A stretch of 64,000 nt of DNA from TPA_inf: Saccharomyces (GCA_000146045.2 BK006946.2:768001-832000), one strand, 5' to 3'; shown: positions 1-10,567, numbered from the stretch's first letter. Made by a program: numbers and translations. The notes: generated by a model not told the origin, from the letters alone.

Positions 1-369
1 GTTATACTGTTGAAATGTATTGATTCCACCAAACGACATTAAGAACCAACTATTGCTTGAACTTTTTTTGATGGCTTAGCAGATTTGAACTATTAAGAAG
101 GACTTCTTCAGTATTGTATATATTGAAGAAAACCATCTGAAGTTGCAACATTTGAATTTTTCCTATGACGTTTTTTTTCCTCGCTTCATCAATATTTTTC
201 AGTTTTCCATGTTGGGGCATAATCTGGGTTAACTCGAATTGACAAGTATATAGTCAAGCTGGAGGTAAGAAGTACGTAACATTTAAAGAGCATTGTGACG
301 ATATTCTGTTCTTGATTAACTATAATTTTAAATATGAAGTTACACTAATTGCAAAGTAGCAAAAAATTT

Positions 370-441
370 GGACGAGTCCGGAATCGAACCGGAGACCTCT
401 CCCATGCTAAGGGAGCGCGCTACCGACTACGCCACACGCCC
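370..441 (-). tRNA. tA(AGC): tRNA-Ala, anticodon AGC
   Basis: The reverse complement reads GGGCGTGTGGCGTAGTCGGTAGCGCGCTCCCTTAGCATGGGAGAGGTCTCCGGTTCGATTCCGGACTCGTCC. It has a cloverleaf with a 7-nt anticodon loop TTAGCAT (anticodon AGC), a G3:U70 Ala identity pair and a GTTCGATTC T-loop. An oligo-T Pol III terminator lies immediately downstream on the minus strand (plus-strand 361-369 is aaaaaattt). Confidence 0.93.
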
Positions 442-547
442 ATTTCTTATTGTAATTTCTAGCCACTGTAAAAAGTGAAATCAGTTTAAAATGGAAGTGT
501 CTATCAAAACTTACTATCCACTATCAAGTAATTACTCATGATTGTCG

Positions 548-879
548 TGTTGGAATAAAAATCAACTATCATCTACTAACTAGTATTTACGTTACTAGTA
601 TATTATCATATACGGTGTTAGAAGATGACGCAAATGATGAGAAATAGTCATCTAAATTAGTGGAAGCTGAAACGCAAGGATTGATAATGTAATAGGATCA
701 ATGAATATTAACATATAAAACGATGATAATAATATTTATAGAATTGTGTAGAATTGCAGATTCCCTTTTATGGATTCCTAAATCCTCGAGGAGAACTTCT
801 AGTATATCTACATACCTAATATTATAGCCTTAATCACAATGGAATCCCAACAATTACATCAAAATCCACATTCTCTACA
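548..879 (+). mobile_element. Solo Ty1/Ty2 delta LTR (~332 bp)
   Basis: It begins TGTTGGAATAAAAATCAACTATCATCTACTAACTAG and ends CCCAACAATTACATCAAAATCCACATTCTCTACA, with terminal inverted repeats TGTTGG...CCAACA. It is flanked by a perfect 5-bp target-site duplication tgtcg (543-547 and 880-884). It lies about 100 bp upstream of the 5' end of tRNA-Ala. Confidence 0.9.
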
Positions 880-1195
880 TGTCGGAAGAGGAACCACCTA
901 CCCCCTATAGTCTAGCATCCATCTTATTACATATACGACGTAGAAATATGGCATAAAGGTAAAGATTTAAAAGCTGCCATCAAATTTAATGGGGGTGGAA
1001 CGCACGACTTGATAATGCAATAGGATAATGAGTGACAACATATAAAGTGGAACGAGAAACCATAATATTATTATGAAGAATCATCGATCCTTTTATGGAT
1101 TCCTATATTTTCGAGTAAAACTTAAGGTATATTCGGTATAAGATAATGTTGTCCAAATTGTATTGTTATGGAAATGGTATTCAACAACTATCTCA
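880..1195 (+). mobile_element. Older, diverged delta LTR (its first 5 bp are duplicated at 543-547 by the younger delta insertion)
   Basis: It starts tgtcggaagagg (cf. TGTTGGAATAG), carries internal delta-like blocks (ATATACGACGTAGAAATATGGCATAAAGG, TTTTATGGATTCCTATATTTTCGAG) and ends GGTATTCAACAACTATCTCA (cf. GGAATCCCAACAATTATCTCA). It is much more diverged than the adjacent element. Confidence 0.7.
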
Positions 1196-2800
1196 AAAGT
1201 CACCTATTTCCCGTGCTTTTCGCATTCTATCACCTGTATTATTATATTGCATGATATCAAAAAGATGAATCATTCAGTGTAAATGGCACACAAATGTGCA
1301 AGTGCCAAGCTATTGAGTGGAATAATGGCCTTGTTATTTAATGGTAAGAGCCTTCTGAGGCCAATCTGCCTTCACGTACACAACCACCTTGTTAGTAACA
1401 GTGATACCAACATAGTTTGGCCGTGAGGCTAACCTTAGTGGTTTATTGCAATACTCAATACTGTTCTTAGACAATTATCCAACCATCGCCATTAAATGAT
1501 AAAAAAATAAATTGACTGCTTAATTTTGCTGATACAATGCACTATATTATCGGCTGATGTAATGGTATTGTTATTCAACCTCCTCTCGGCATTGCAACAT
1601 ACTAATAGCCACCCTAGGGTGTCATTAGCATGCCTATACCGAGGCATACGAAAGCAACTAGCCATCAATTCCATCACCCTGTCATTCAACTCCGCTTCAT
1701 GATCAGGACAGTTTGCACGTTATCAGATAAACTATGATACCGCTATTATTGAACTCTCTATGATATTCTATGAGCGTTTCTATTAAAAAGCTTGAGAGAA
1801 CAGTAGGTTCCACTTGAGCTACATCTGGGTTGATAGTAGGGTCTGACATTGTTACTGACTGACATTCGCATAATTTGGTACCGGTACAAGCTTTGGCACA
1901 TGTTCGTGATACCTTCGTCTGGTTTATTCATTGGCGCCAGTTCTCCCATTTTGGACGATTCTTTTCAAACAAGGTCTTAGGATTCGACGACGTGCTAGCT
2001 ATAGCACAAGGCCAAGAATTAACCCAAAAACTGTATATTGTCTCTGCCTCAATGCTATCCGAATATCAAGCCCGCAAATATGGACAGATAAATCCAGTCT
2101 ACCATATAGTACTCTGGATTCTTCCGGAATCAACTGCTGACTTTCTATATATGTAGCCGCATCTACGTGTTCAGATAGTTTTTATCACGCAGGTTGCCGT
2201 TTATACTTTGTTTTCTTGGAAGTATCTCGAGTAACAGTGATGCTCAGTCTCGTTTAGAAGAGTGTACCTTCCCGGGTTCCTAGGCGCTGATGCTGGTAAA
2301 TTCTAGTTGGTTCTTGACATTTTTCAAATAATCAAATCATCTCATTTGCGATAGCAAATGTACAACGTGTGAAAGTAAAGAAGTTCATAGTATATGGGCT
2401 GTTCAAATTCTTGTTCACTGCGTTTATAAATAATCTTTCTGGCAAGTTAGACAAATTAAGAGCAAGAGTTGCATAAGAGCAGCATATAAATACACGTCAA
2501 TTTAGGCATTCTTGTGATTATTAAGTTCATCAGAGTGAATTAGAAATTCATTATTTTACTATTTTTTTTTTTTCACCCTTAACAGCAAGGTTGAACTCTA
2601 TAAGGAAAAGGGATAGATCGTGCGGCACACCAGAAAAAGGGGATCAGTAAAGTGATGCAACATAAATACATATATAAGAGAGCATAATTGACCACTGAAC
2701 TGCAACGCACTCTCTGAAATCTCACCTTTTGGCGATGCTAAAATGTTTCAAGATATTACACGTCGCTCTTAACAATCCAGGCTGAACAAAACAAGGAATA

Positions 2801-4558
2801 ATGTTACACAGGCACGGTTCTAAGCAGAAGAACTTCGAGAATATCGCTGGAAAAGTTGTCCACGACCTTGCAGGTCTGCAATTGCTTTCTAACGACGTTC
2901 AAAAATCCGCTGTCCAAAGTGGTCATCAAGGATCGAACAATATGAGAGATACTTCGTCTCAGGGCATGGCTAATAAGTATTCAGTTCCAAAAAAGGGACT
3001 ACCTGCTGATTTGTCTTACCAACTGATTCATAATGAATTAACACTTGATGGTAATCCGCATTTGAACCTTGCCAGTTTCGTGAACACTTTTACCACTGAT
3101 CAGGCAAGGAAATTGATTGATGAAAATTTGACCAAAAATCTTGCTGACAATGATGAATATCCGCAATTAATTGAGCTAACTCAGCGTTGTATTTCTATGC
3201 TAGCTCAATTATGGCACGCTAATCCCGATGAAGAACCAATAGGCTGTGCCACCACAGGTTCTAGTGAGGCAATCATGTTGGGTGGACTCGCCATGAAAAA
3301 AAGATGGGAACACAGAATGAAGAATGCTGGTAAAGATGCTTCCAAGCCGAACATTATAATGTCTTCTGCGTGCCAAGTGGCATTAGAGAAGTTTACGAGA
3401 TATTTTGAAGTGGAATGCCGATTGGTTCCGGTATCCCACAGAAGCCATCATATGCTTGACCCAGAGTCGTTATGGGATTATGTAGATGAGAACACTATTG
3501 GCTGTTTTGTAATTTTAGGAACCACCTACACTGGCCATTTGGAAAATGTAGAGAAAGTTGCAGATGTCTTGTCCCAAATTGAGGCCAAGCATCCTGATTG
3601 GAGCAATACTGATATTCCAATCCATGCGGATGGCGCTTCAGGTGGGTTTATTATCCCATTTGGCTTTGAAAAAGAGCACATGAAAGCTTATGGCATGGAA
3701 CGTTGGGGGTTCAACCATCCGCGTGTGGTTAGTATGAACACTAGTGGTCATAAGTTTGGCTTAACCACTCCCGGTCTGGGTTGGGTGCTATGGAGAGATG
3801 AATCCTTACTGGCTGATGAATTGAGATTCAAACTAAAGTACCTCGGTGGCGTGGAAGAAACTTTCGGTTTGAATTTTTCAAGACCTGGATTTCAAGTTGT
3901 CCATCAATACTTCAATTTTGTTTCTCTAGGCCATTCAGGGTATAGAACACAATTCCAAAATTCTCTATTTGTTGCAAGAGCGTTTTCTTTCGAATTATTG
4001 AATTCGTCAAAATTGCCCGGATGCTTTGAAATTGTTAGCAGTATCCATGAAAGCATTGAGAACGATTCCGCCCCTAAGTCAGTTAAAGACTATTGGGAAC
4101 ACCCCCAGGCTTACAAACCAGGTGTACCGCTGGTAGCCTTCAAATTGTCCAAGAAATTCCACGAAGAATATCCAGAAGTGCCACAAGCAATCCTTTCCTC
4201 TTTACTGAGAGGTAGGGGTTGGATAATACCAAATTACCCACTACCAAAGGCAACGGATGGATCCGATGAGAAGGAGGTATTAAGAGTGGTTTTCAGATCG
4301 GAGATGAAGTTGGATTTAGCACAGTTGTTGATCGTTGACATCGAGAGTATCTTGACAAAGTTGATTCATAGTTACGAAAAGGTTTGTCATCATATAGAAC
4401 TTGCCTCTGAGCAAACTCCAGAGCGCAAGAGTTCGTTCATCTACGAAATGTTGCTGGCATTGGCATCTCCACAAGATGACATCCCAACGCCGGATGAAAT
4501 CGAAAAGAAAAATAAGCTAAAGGAAACAACAACGAGAAACTATAGAGGAACATGTTGA
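2801..4558 (+). CDS. GAD1: Glutamate decarboxylase (PLP-dependent), 585 aa
   Basis: The full-length ORF has the PLP-lysine motif SMNTSGHKFG and group II decarboxylase features. Its length matches yeast GAD1 (YMR250W). Confidence 0.95.
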   Translation: MLHRHGSKQKNFENIAGKVVHDLAGLQLLSNDVQKSAVQSGHQGSNNMRDTSSQGMANKYSVPKKGLPADLSYQLIHNELTLDGNPHLNLASFVNTFTTDQARKLIDENLTKNLADNDEYPQLIELTQRCISMLAQLWHANPDEEPIGCATTGSSEAIMLGGLAMKKRWEHRMKNAGKDASKPNIIMSSACQVALEKFTRYFEVECRLVPVSHRSHHMLDPESLWDYVDENTIGCFVILGTTYTGHLENVEKVADVLSQIEAKHPDWSNTDIPIHADGASGGFIIPFGFEKEHMKAYGMERWGFNHPRVVSMNTSGHKFGLTTPGLGWVLWRDESLLADELRFKLKYLGGVEETFGLNFSRPGFQVVHQYFNFVSLGHSGYRTQFQNSLFVARAFSFELLNSSKLPGCFEIVSSIHESIENDSAPKSVKDYWEHPQAYKPGVPLVAFKLSKKFHEEYPEVPQAILSSLLRGRGWIIPNYPLPKATDGSDEKEVLRVVFRSEMKLDLAQLLIVDIESILTKLIHSYEKVCHHIELASEQTPERKSSFIYEMLLALASPQDDIPTPDEIEKKNKLKETTTRNYRGTC

Positions 4559-4914
4559 GTTGAAAAGGTCATCCAATATACCGCCCCCTATATGTATGTA
4601 CCTTTACCTTTTATTTAAGTACTAGTGCTGTTTAGTTAGGTTATGTGAAGGCACGGGTTTTGTCTTTTTTTTTTTTTTTTTTTACTATTACTTTCTTTTT
4701 CAAGCTTTTAAGCGCCGAAATGATATTTAAGGGAAGATGACTAAAGGGACAGCGACGAGGATTCAGCCTGGACAGTGATAGAAAAGTTATGCGGGAATAC
4801 GTATATATAGTTGTATAAATTGTGGTTATAGAACATCGCAGCGCCTTTAAATATATTGTCTTTTATTTCAATCTTATTCCATCTCTCTCTTGCAACCACG
4901 GCAAAGCTGGAGCT

Positions 4915-6015
4915 ATGTCTGAAAAATCAGCTAGCAATAACAAAGCTGAATTCAAAAGGCAGTCATCGCCATTCAGAGAAATCATCTCTGCGGATCACCC
5001 AATTTATAAACCTGCTAAGGGAAGGTACTGGCTGTATGTGGCGCTACCATGCCCATGGGCACAAAGAACCTTGATCACCAGGGCCCTGAAAGGGCTAGCG
5101 CCTATAATCGGGTGCAGTGTAGCGCATTGGCACCTGGATGACAAAGGCTGGCGATTCCTTGAAGAAGGAGATGGGAAAACCAATGAAAGGCACTGGTTTG
5201 ACATTGCAGGCGGAATTAGCTCAGTAAATTTAAATACCAGTACTCCTGTGGCTAACATACCCAATAACGCGCATCGGTTGTTGGTCGACGGAACAGATGA
5301 ACCGCATTACGGGTACAAGAGACTAAGCGACTTCTATTTCAAAACAAAGCCAGACTATAAGGGAAGATTCACCGTACCTGTTCTTTGGGACTTGGAAACA
5401 TGCACTATAGTAAACAATGAAAGCAGTGATATCATCGGAATTATGAATTCCGCTGCGTTTGATGAGTTTGTCGGCGAAGAATACCGTCAAGTCCGTCTGG
5501 TACCTCGGTCTCTAGAGGCACAGATTACAGAGTTCAACTCTTGGGTGTACGATAAAATCAACAACGGTGTATACAAGGCCGGTTTTGCAGAATGTGCAGA
5601 GGTATACGAGAGGGAGGTAACAAGCCTTTTTCAATATCTTGACAAATTGGAAAATCTTCTGGACAAGAAGTACACAGATTTGGAGGCGGAGTATGGTAAG
5701 AACAACAAGGACAAGATACTAGATCGCTACTTTGCCATCGGAGACACTCTGACCGAGGCGGACGTGAGACTCTACCCAACGATAGTAAGGTTCGACGTGG
5801 TATACCATCAACACTTCAAATGCAATCTGGCCACCATCAGAGATGATTATTCCCGTATACACACGTGGCTCAAGAATATATACTGGCGCCACGAAGCCTT
5901 CCAGCGCACAACGGACTTTACCCACATAAAACTCGGATATACTCGCTCGCAGCCACGGGTCAACCCGATTGGGATCACCCCACTGGGGCCCAAGCCTGAT
6001 ATCCGACCTCCATGA
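4915..6015 (+). CDS. GTO3: Omega-class glutathione S-transferase, 366 aa
   Basis: The product starts MSEKSASNNKAEFKRQ. The ORF-track start at 4822 is a GTG codon, and the first ATG is at 4915, giving 366 aa as in YMR251W. The GST-omega active-site region CPWAQR is present. Confidence 0.92.
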   Translation: MSEKSASNNKAEFKRQSSPFREIISADHPIYKPAKGRYWLYVALPCPWAQRTLITRALKGLAPIIGCSVAHWHLDDKGWRFLEEGDGKTNERHWFDIAGGISSVNLNTSTPVANIPNNAHRLLVDGTDEPHYGYKRLSDFYFKTKPDYKGRFTVPVLWDLETCTIVNNESSDIIGIMNSAAFDEFVGEEYRQVRLVPRSLEAQITEFNSWVYDKINNGVYKAGFAECAEVYEREVTSLFQYLDKLENLLDKKYTDLEAEYGKNNKDKILDRYFAIGDTLTEADVRLYPTIVRFDVVYHQHFKCNLATIRDDYSRIHTWLKNIYWRHEAFQRTTDFTHIKLGYTRSQPRVNPIGITPLGPKPDIRPP

Positions 6016-6140
6016 AATTTTTTTTTTTCTTTCGATTAGCACGCACACACATCACATAGACTGCGTCATAAAAATACACTACGGAAAAACCATAAAGAGC
6101 AAAGCGATACCTACTTGGAAGGAAAAGGAGCACGCTTGTA

Positions 6141-6215
6141 AGGGGGATGGGGGCTAAGAAGTCATTCACTTTCTTTTCCCTTCGCGGTCCGGACCCGGGA
6201 CCCCTCCTCTCCCCG
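6141..6215. promoter_or_regulatory. Cluster of STRE-like elements (AGGGG/CCCCT) between GTO3 and HOR7
   Basis: AGGGGG at 6141 and CCCCTCCTCTCCCC at 6201-6214, about 540-610 bp upstream of the HOR7 ATG. HOR7 and GTO3 are both known stress-induced genes. Confidence 0.45.
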
Positions 6216-6751
6216 CACGATTTCTTCCTTTCATATCTTCCTTTTATTCCTATCCCGTTGAAGCAACCGCACTATGACTAAATGGTGCTGGACATCTCCA
6301 TGGCTGTGACTTGTGTGTATCTCACAGTGGTAACGGCACCGTGGCTCGGAAACGGTTCCTTCGTGACAATTCTAGAACAGGGGCTACAGTCTCGATAATA
6401 GAATAATAAGCGCATTTTTGCTAGCGCCGCCGCGGCGCCCGTTTCCCAATAGGGAGGCGCAGTTTATCGGCGGAGCTCTACTTCTTCCTATTTGGGTAAG
6501 CCCCTTTCTGTTTTCGGCCAGTGGTTGCTGCAGGCTGCGCCGGAGAACATAGTGATAAGGGATGTAACTTTCGATGAGAGAATTAGCAAGCGGAAAAAAA
6601 CTATGGCTAGCTGGGAGTTGTTTTTCAATCATATAAAAGGGAGAAATTGTTGCTCACTATGTGACAGTTTCTGGGACGTCTTAACTTTTATTGCAGAGGA
6701 CTATCAAATCATACAGATATTGTCAAAAAAAAAAAAGACTAATAATAAAAA

Positions 6752-6931
6752 ATGAAGTTATCTCAAGTTGTTGTTTCCGCCGTCGCCTTCACTGGTTTAG
6801 TAAGTGCTGCTAACAGTTCTAACAGCTCAAGCTCAAAGAATGCTGCCCAACCAATTGCCGGTTTAAACAACGGTAAGGTTGCAGGCGCCGCTGGTGTTGC
6901 TCTAGCTGGTGCTTTGGCCTTTTTGATTTAA
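6752..6931 (+). CDS. HOR7: Small hyperosmolarity-responsive membrane protein, 59 aa
   Basis: The ORF ATG...TAA encodes MKLSQVVVSAVAFTGLVSAANSSNSSSSKNAAQPIAGLNNGKVAGAAGVALAGALAFLI. It is below the 60-aa cutoff and so is absent from the supplied ORF track. It has a signal-peptide-like N-terminus and a hydrophobic C-terminus, and matches YMR251W-A. Confidence 0.9.
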   Translation: MKLSQVVVSAVAFTGLVSAANSSNSSSSKNAAQPIAGLNNGKVAGAAGVALAGALAFLI

Positions 6932-7314
6932 ATTTAGACTTTGTTTGGAATACATTGAAAGAGAAAGAGTGGTTAATCGGGTGTAGAAAGAACAATCCAA
7001 AGTCACCTTTATTGGCGATATGTGTCATTGTTAATCCATTGGCCACATTTTTCCGATGATTTTCTCTCGGTGTGCAATATAGTAATAAGTTTTCACCTTT
7101 TCCGGTGAATAATGAAAAAAAAAAAACGAATACAAAAAAAAAAGTAATTTCTTTCAAGTTTATATATATAACAATATAATATTAAGTAATTTTAATCGAA
7201 AATTTTTTCCTCTAAAGAACCCAAAAATAAGCAACTATTGAATGAATATCTAAAATGATCGGAAGAAACGGTGTGCGCGGCGGAGGGAAGCGAAAAATTG
7301 GGAAACGGAAGCAA

Positions 7315-7719
7315 TCACTTCTGTATTAACAATTGTTTAAAGCTGGGGTGACTGAACCTACTACCCGATTTCATATTATCATTGTTAGTTCCTAATTGCT
7401 CGTTCTTAAACGATTTCCAGATATCGTTATAAAATATGCCGAACACAGATGGCGAGTCATTGTGCTCGTCCATGCCAATACTCAGCCCCTTCAGCGAAAC
7501 ATTGGTCTTAGAACTTGGGTATTGGTGCCTGTAGTTTTTGACAAAACGCTGAATAAACTCTTGCTTCTGGGACATATTCAGTTCGTGCCATTTTTTAAAG
7601 GGGAAACATGCCTCCTTATCGAAGCTGAGCGAAGAAGAAGAAACAGGCGTGTATATCGTGCTTAAAGGTTTGAACCCAATTCTTGTTCTGATGTAGCTTA
7701 CGAAAACTTTACCAAACAT
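7315..7719 (-). CDS. Mitochondrial protein of unknown function, 134 aa (YMR252C)
   Basis: This is the ORF MFGKVFVSYIRTRIGFKPL.... The first ATG is at 7719, because the track start at 7725 is GTG. Length and sequence are consistent with YMR252C. Confidence 0.8.
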   Translation of the reverse strand: MFGKVFVSYIRTRIGFKPLSTIYTPVSSSSLSFDKEACFPFKKWHELNMSQKQEFIQRFVKNYRHQYPSSKTNVSLKGLSIGMDEHNDSPSVFGIFYNDIWKSFKNEQLGTNNDNMKSGSRFSHPSFKQLLIQK

Positions 7720-7945
7720 TAACACTTCACACTCGATCTTCTTCGTTTTGCTGCTTATATGGTACTTGCTGAACGACGCGATGATCCTTTTGTTTTGTTT
7801 TCTGAATGCTCGTGTACCCCACTTTCCCTATTGTTCTCTTGTTTCGTGTCCTTGCTTCCTCGGACTGCGCATTTCAACATGACACAAAAAAAAAAGAAAA
7901 GAAGGAAAAAAATCATAGTAGAAACTGAGGAATTTTATACTCGTC

Positions 7946-9190
7946 TTATTTAGAATCGGATAGGTCAAACTCTGTCAGGGGAATAGAGTTCTCTTCGTCG
8001 TCAATTATTGGGGTTAGGTCCTTGGCAGTTGTTTCATTGTTTGCCGCCCTTATCCTTATTACCCACAACGTGGCACTTATGATGATTATCATACCAATCC
8101 ACGACCAGATATTTGGCCAATGCTTGTACAGTGCAACGTCCCAGAAAACCGCATATAGTAGTTGTGTGTATGTCATCAAAGACCCTCTTCCAGCACGTTC
8201 TCTTTGGATACCCATAGTTAATAGCAGCTGGAAGATAAAGCCGGACACACCCAGATTACCAAACAGTATCCATTGTTTTTTGGAATGTGGTATCTGGAAT
8301 TTCATTGAAGGGATAGTGTTAATCCCAATGAAAGACACTATCGCTGTGATCAAAGAAAAATAACTCACACTCATTATAGCGTGAGCCCTCTTACCAATAT
8401 AACGAATAATGATGTAGACGCAACTCATCCCTAAAACACCCCACAACCCAACCAAAGTGGCAATCAATCTCGATTTTGGGTCCGATGATTCTACTATTTG
8501 AGAGGAAGAGTCGGTCAATTCGGGAGTTCCAAATAAAAATGAAGGCCTTACAATTAACACCACGCCCAGCAATGAGATCAGCGAACCGAGCGCTTCCACT
8601 TTGGTGAATCTTTCCCTCAGGATAACCCACGACAGGAATATTGTTAGTGATGGTGCCAAAAAAGTGATCAAAACGGCATCACTAATCGTCAAGTACATTA
8701 ACGAATAATACATTCCAAAGACACCGAAAAATCCAGTGCAACCTCTCAATACTAACCATTTGCGTACTTCAGGTTTACCAAATGGTACATCCGAAATTGT
8801 GCTCTTATTAATATACATGTATATCAATGTACCAATATATGTTATTACCATTCTAACTAATAAGATTTGCAATGGCTTGATCTGTCTATCATTGGCAATA
8901 TCATCGGGGTCGTTTTCTAAGACTTTAGTAGACACCACCATGGCCGAGTTGAAGAAATATGATACTGTCAAGAGAACAAGCCCAATATTTGGTTTCAAAT
9001 AATCTTTACTTATTCTTTGCAGCGTTGTTTCGTTGCCATCGACGTTAAAGTCTTCATTGCTGTTTGACTCTTTCGGTGAAAGTGATCTCGTAGTAGACGG
9101 TAGTTGCAAACTCGTATCATTCATTTCTTTAGAAACTAGTAGGTGTGTATTGTTTTCTCTTTTCATAACCTTCGGTACTGATGGATTCAT
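7946..9190 (-). CDS. Polytopic membrane protein of the EamA/DMT transporter family, 414 aa (YMR253C)
   Basis: About 10 predicted transmembrane segments with duplicated EamA-like halves. The first ATG (MNPSVPKV...) is at 9190, and the track start at 9220 is GTG. Confidence 0.85.
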   Translation of the reverse strand: MNPSVPKVMKRENNTHLLVSKEMNDTSLQLPSTTRSLSPKESNSNEDFNVDGNETTLQRISKDYLKPNIGLVLLTVSYFFNSAMVVSTKVLENDPDDIANDRQIKPLQILLVRMVITYIGTLIYMYINKSTISDVPFGKPEVRKWLVLRGCTGFFGVFGMYYSLMYLTISDAVLITFLAPSLTIFLSWVILRERFTKVEALGSLISLLGVVLIVRPSFLFGTPELTDSSSQIVESSDPKSRLIATLVGLWGVLGMSCVYIIIRYIGKRAHAIMSVSYFSLITAIVSFIGINTIPSMKFQIPHSKKQWILFGNLGVSGFIFQLLLTMGIQRERAGRGSLMTYTQLLYAVFWDVALYKHWPNIWSWIGMIIIISATLWVIRIRAANNETTAKDLTPIIDDEENSIPLTEFDLSDSK

Positions 9191-9614
9191 TTTCTTATCT
9201 CTATCTATTTTCTTCACCACAGCAACAACAAATTCATGCCTACGAAAACTTAAGAAGGAAAAAAAAGGAATTTTACTGAAATAAGAAAAATTCTAAAGTA
9301 GATCAAAGAACATCTCGCTTTCCAATTCCACATCTTTGTCCAAAATATCCAACTACCATTCGCACCATTCTGCGATCTTTGGAAGGGCCCTTAGGAGCCC
9401 TATCCCTTACCGTTAGCCGGTATCTTTTTACCAAATTAAGGTGCATTTCCTAGTTAGGAAAATGCCTCATGACGGTATCTGGGGTCTCTACGTCAAGTAA
9501 ATATATGTCAATATATCGATGTGTCGGCAGACTTGCTGGCTTGCGCGAGTTAATGAAGTAATAGAACAAGCTTTCTGTAATCATCCCGTCACTTATGCTT
9601 TTGTACATATCGTG

Positions 9615-9923
9615 TCATACTGCGACTGTCTCAAGGAAATACCATGATAAAATATCTCTTACAATCGAAAAATCTAGCACGTGGGAGGGTAAGCATAAAC
9701 TACCCAGAAACGCATGTATGGACTGCATTTGCTTCCTGACCAAAATAAGTATTATCGTCATATAAAAAACGTGCATAGTATATGTAACATCAATGATGCT
9801 GGGCGTTGTTTGCCATTTTGTATTTACTATGGCAGTGTATTTTGTAACGAGCACGTGATTTACAGGGCGCAGAAATGTTGAAAATTTAGAAAAAAGTAAG
9901 ATAAGCAATATCAGTGGCACCAT
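9615..9923 (-). CDS. Dubious ORF (YMR254C-like) in the YMR253C/GFD1 divergent promoter
   Basis: A 102-aa ORF with low-complexity, non-conserved-looking sequence. It sits in the intergenic promoter region and is probably not a real gene. Confidence 0.25.
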   Translation of the reverse strand: MVPLILLILLFSKFSTFLRPVNHVLVTKYTAIVNTKWQTTPSIIDVTYTMHVFYMTIILILVRKQMQSIHAFLGSLCLPSHVLDFSIVRDILSWYFLETVAV

Positions 9924-10000
9924 TGAGCTAGTCTCTAACAGCGGGGTGAGAAGCTATTTTTGATAGGAGAATACCTTCAATATCATTTTTACTATTTATC

Positions 10001-10567
10001 ATGCCTTTAGAATCTATATGGGCCGATGCCCCTGACGAAGAACCAATAAAGAAGCAGAAACCAAGTCACAAGCGGAGTAATAACAATAAAAAGAATAATA
10101 ATAGCAGGTGGAGTAATGAATCAAGTTCAAACAATAAGAAAAAAGATTCTGTAAACAAAGTGAAGAATAACAAAGGTAACCACGAAAGTAAAACGAAAAA
10201 TAAAATAAAGGAAACTCTTCCCAGAGAAAAGAAGCCGCCTCATAGTCAGGGCAAAATATCGCCTGTAAGTGAATCATTGGCGATAAATCCTTTCTCCCAA
10301 AAAGCAACAGAGATATCTCCTCCACCAGTTTCACCTAGCAAGATGAAAACTACCAAAACACAATCCAAACAGGATACCGCTTCTAAGATGAAGTTATTAA
10401 AAAAGAAAATTGAAGAGCAGAGGGAAATATTGCAAAAGACTCATCACAAGAATCAACAGCAACAAGTGTTGATGGATTTTCTGAACGATGAAGGGAGCTC
10501 CAACTGGGTTGACGATGATGAAGAGGAGCTTATCCTTCAACGTTTGAAGACCTCTTTGAAAATATGA
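10001..10567 (+). CDS. GFD1: Coiled-coil mRNA-export factor interacting with Gle1/Dbp5, 188 aa
   Basis: A Lys/Asn/Ser-rich N-terminus and a C-terminal coiled coil. Length and sequence match YMR255W. Confidence 0.88.
   Translation: MPLESIWADAPDEEPIKKQKPSHKRSNNNKKNNNSRWSNESSSNNKKKDSVNKVKNNKGNHESKTKNKIKETLPREKKPPHSQGKISPVSESLAINPFSQKATEISPPPVSPSKMKTTKTQSKQDTASKMKLLKKKIEEQREILQKTHHKNQQQQVLMDFLNDEGSSNWVDDDEEELILQRLKTSLKI

Noticed and set aside
4822-4914. 31-codon N-terminal extension of GTO3 in the ORF track (MVIEHRSAFKYIVFYFNLIPSLSCNHGKAGA...)
   Set aside because: The codon at 4822 is GTG, not ATG. The track evidently allows GTG/TTG starts, which is not valid for yeast nuclear genes. The same artefact extends YMR252C, YMR253C, CUE1 (TTG at 27799), YMR265C, PRP24, RRN9 and ATR2. 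Trimming to the first ATG reproduces the known protein lengths. TATA-like sequences at 4802-4819 also lie too close to 4822 to support that start.
6492-6755. 87-aa plus-strand ORF upstream of and overlapping the HOR7 start
   Set aside because: It ends 4 bp into HOR7 in a different frame and has a Lys-rich tail from the poly-A tract at 6728-6738. The real gene is the 59-aa HOR7 ORF starting at 6752.
9615-9923. YMR254C-like 102-aa ORF considered as a real gene
   Set aside because: It is kept only as a low-confidence dubious ORF. It sits inside the divergent YMR253C/GFD1 promoter and has a non-protein-like composition.
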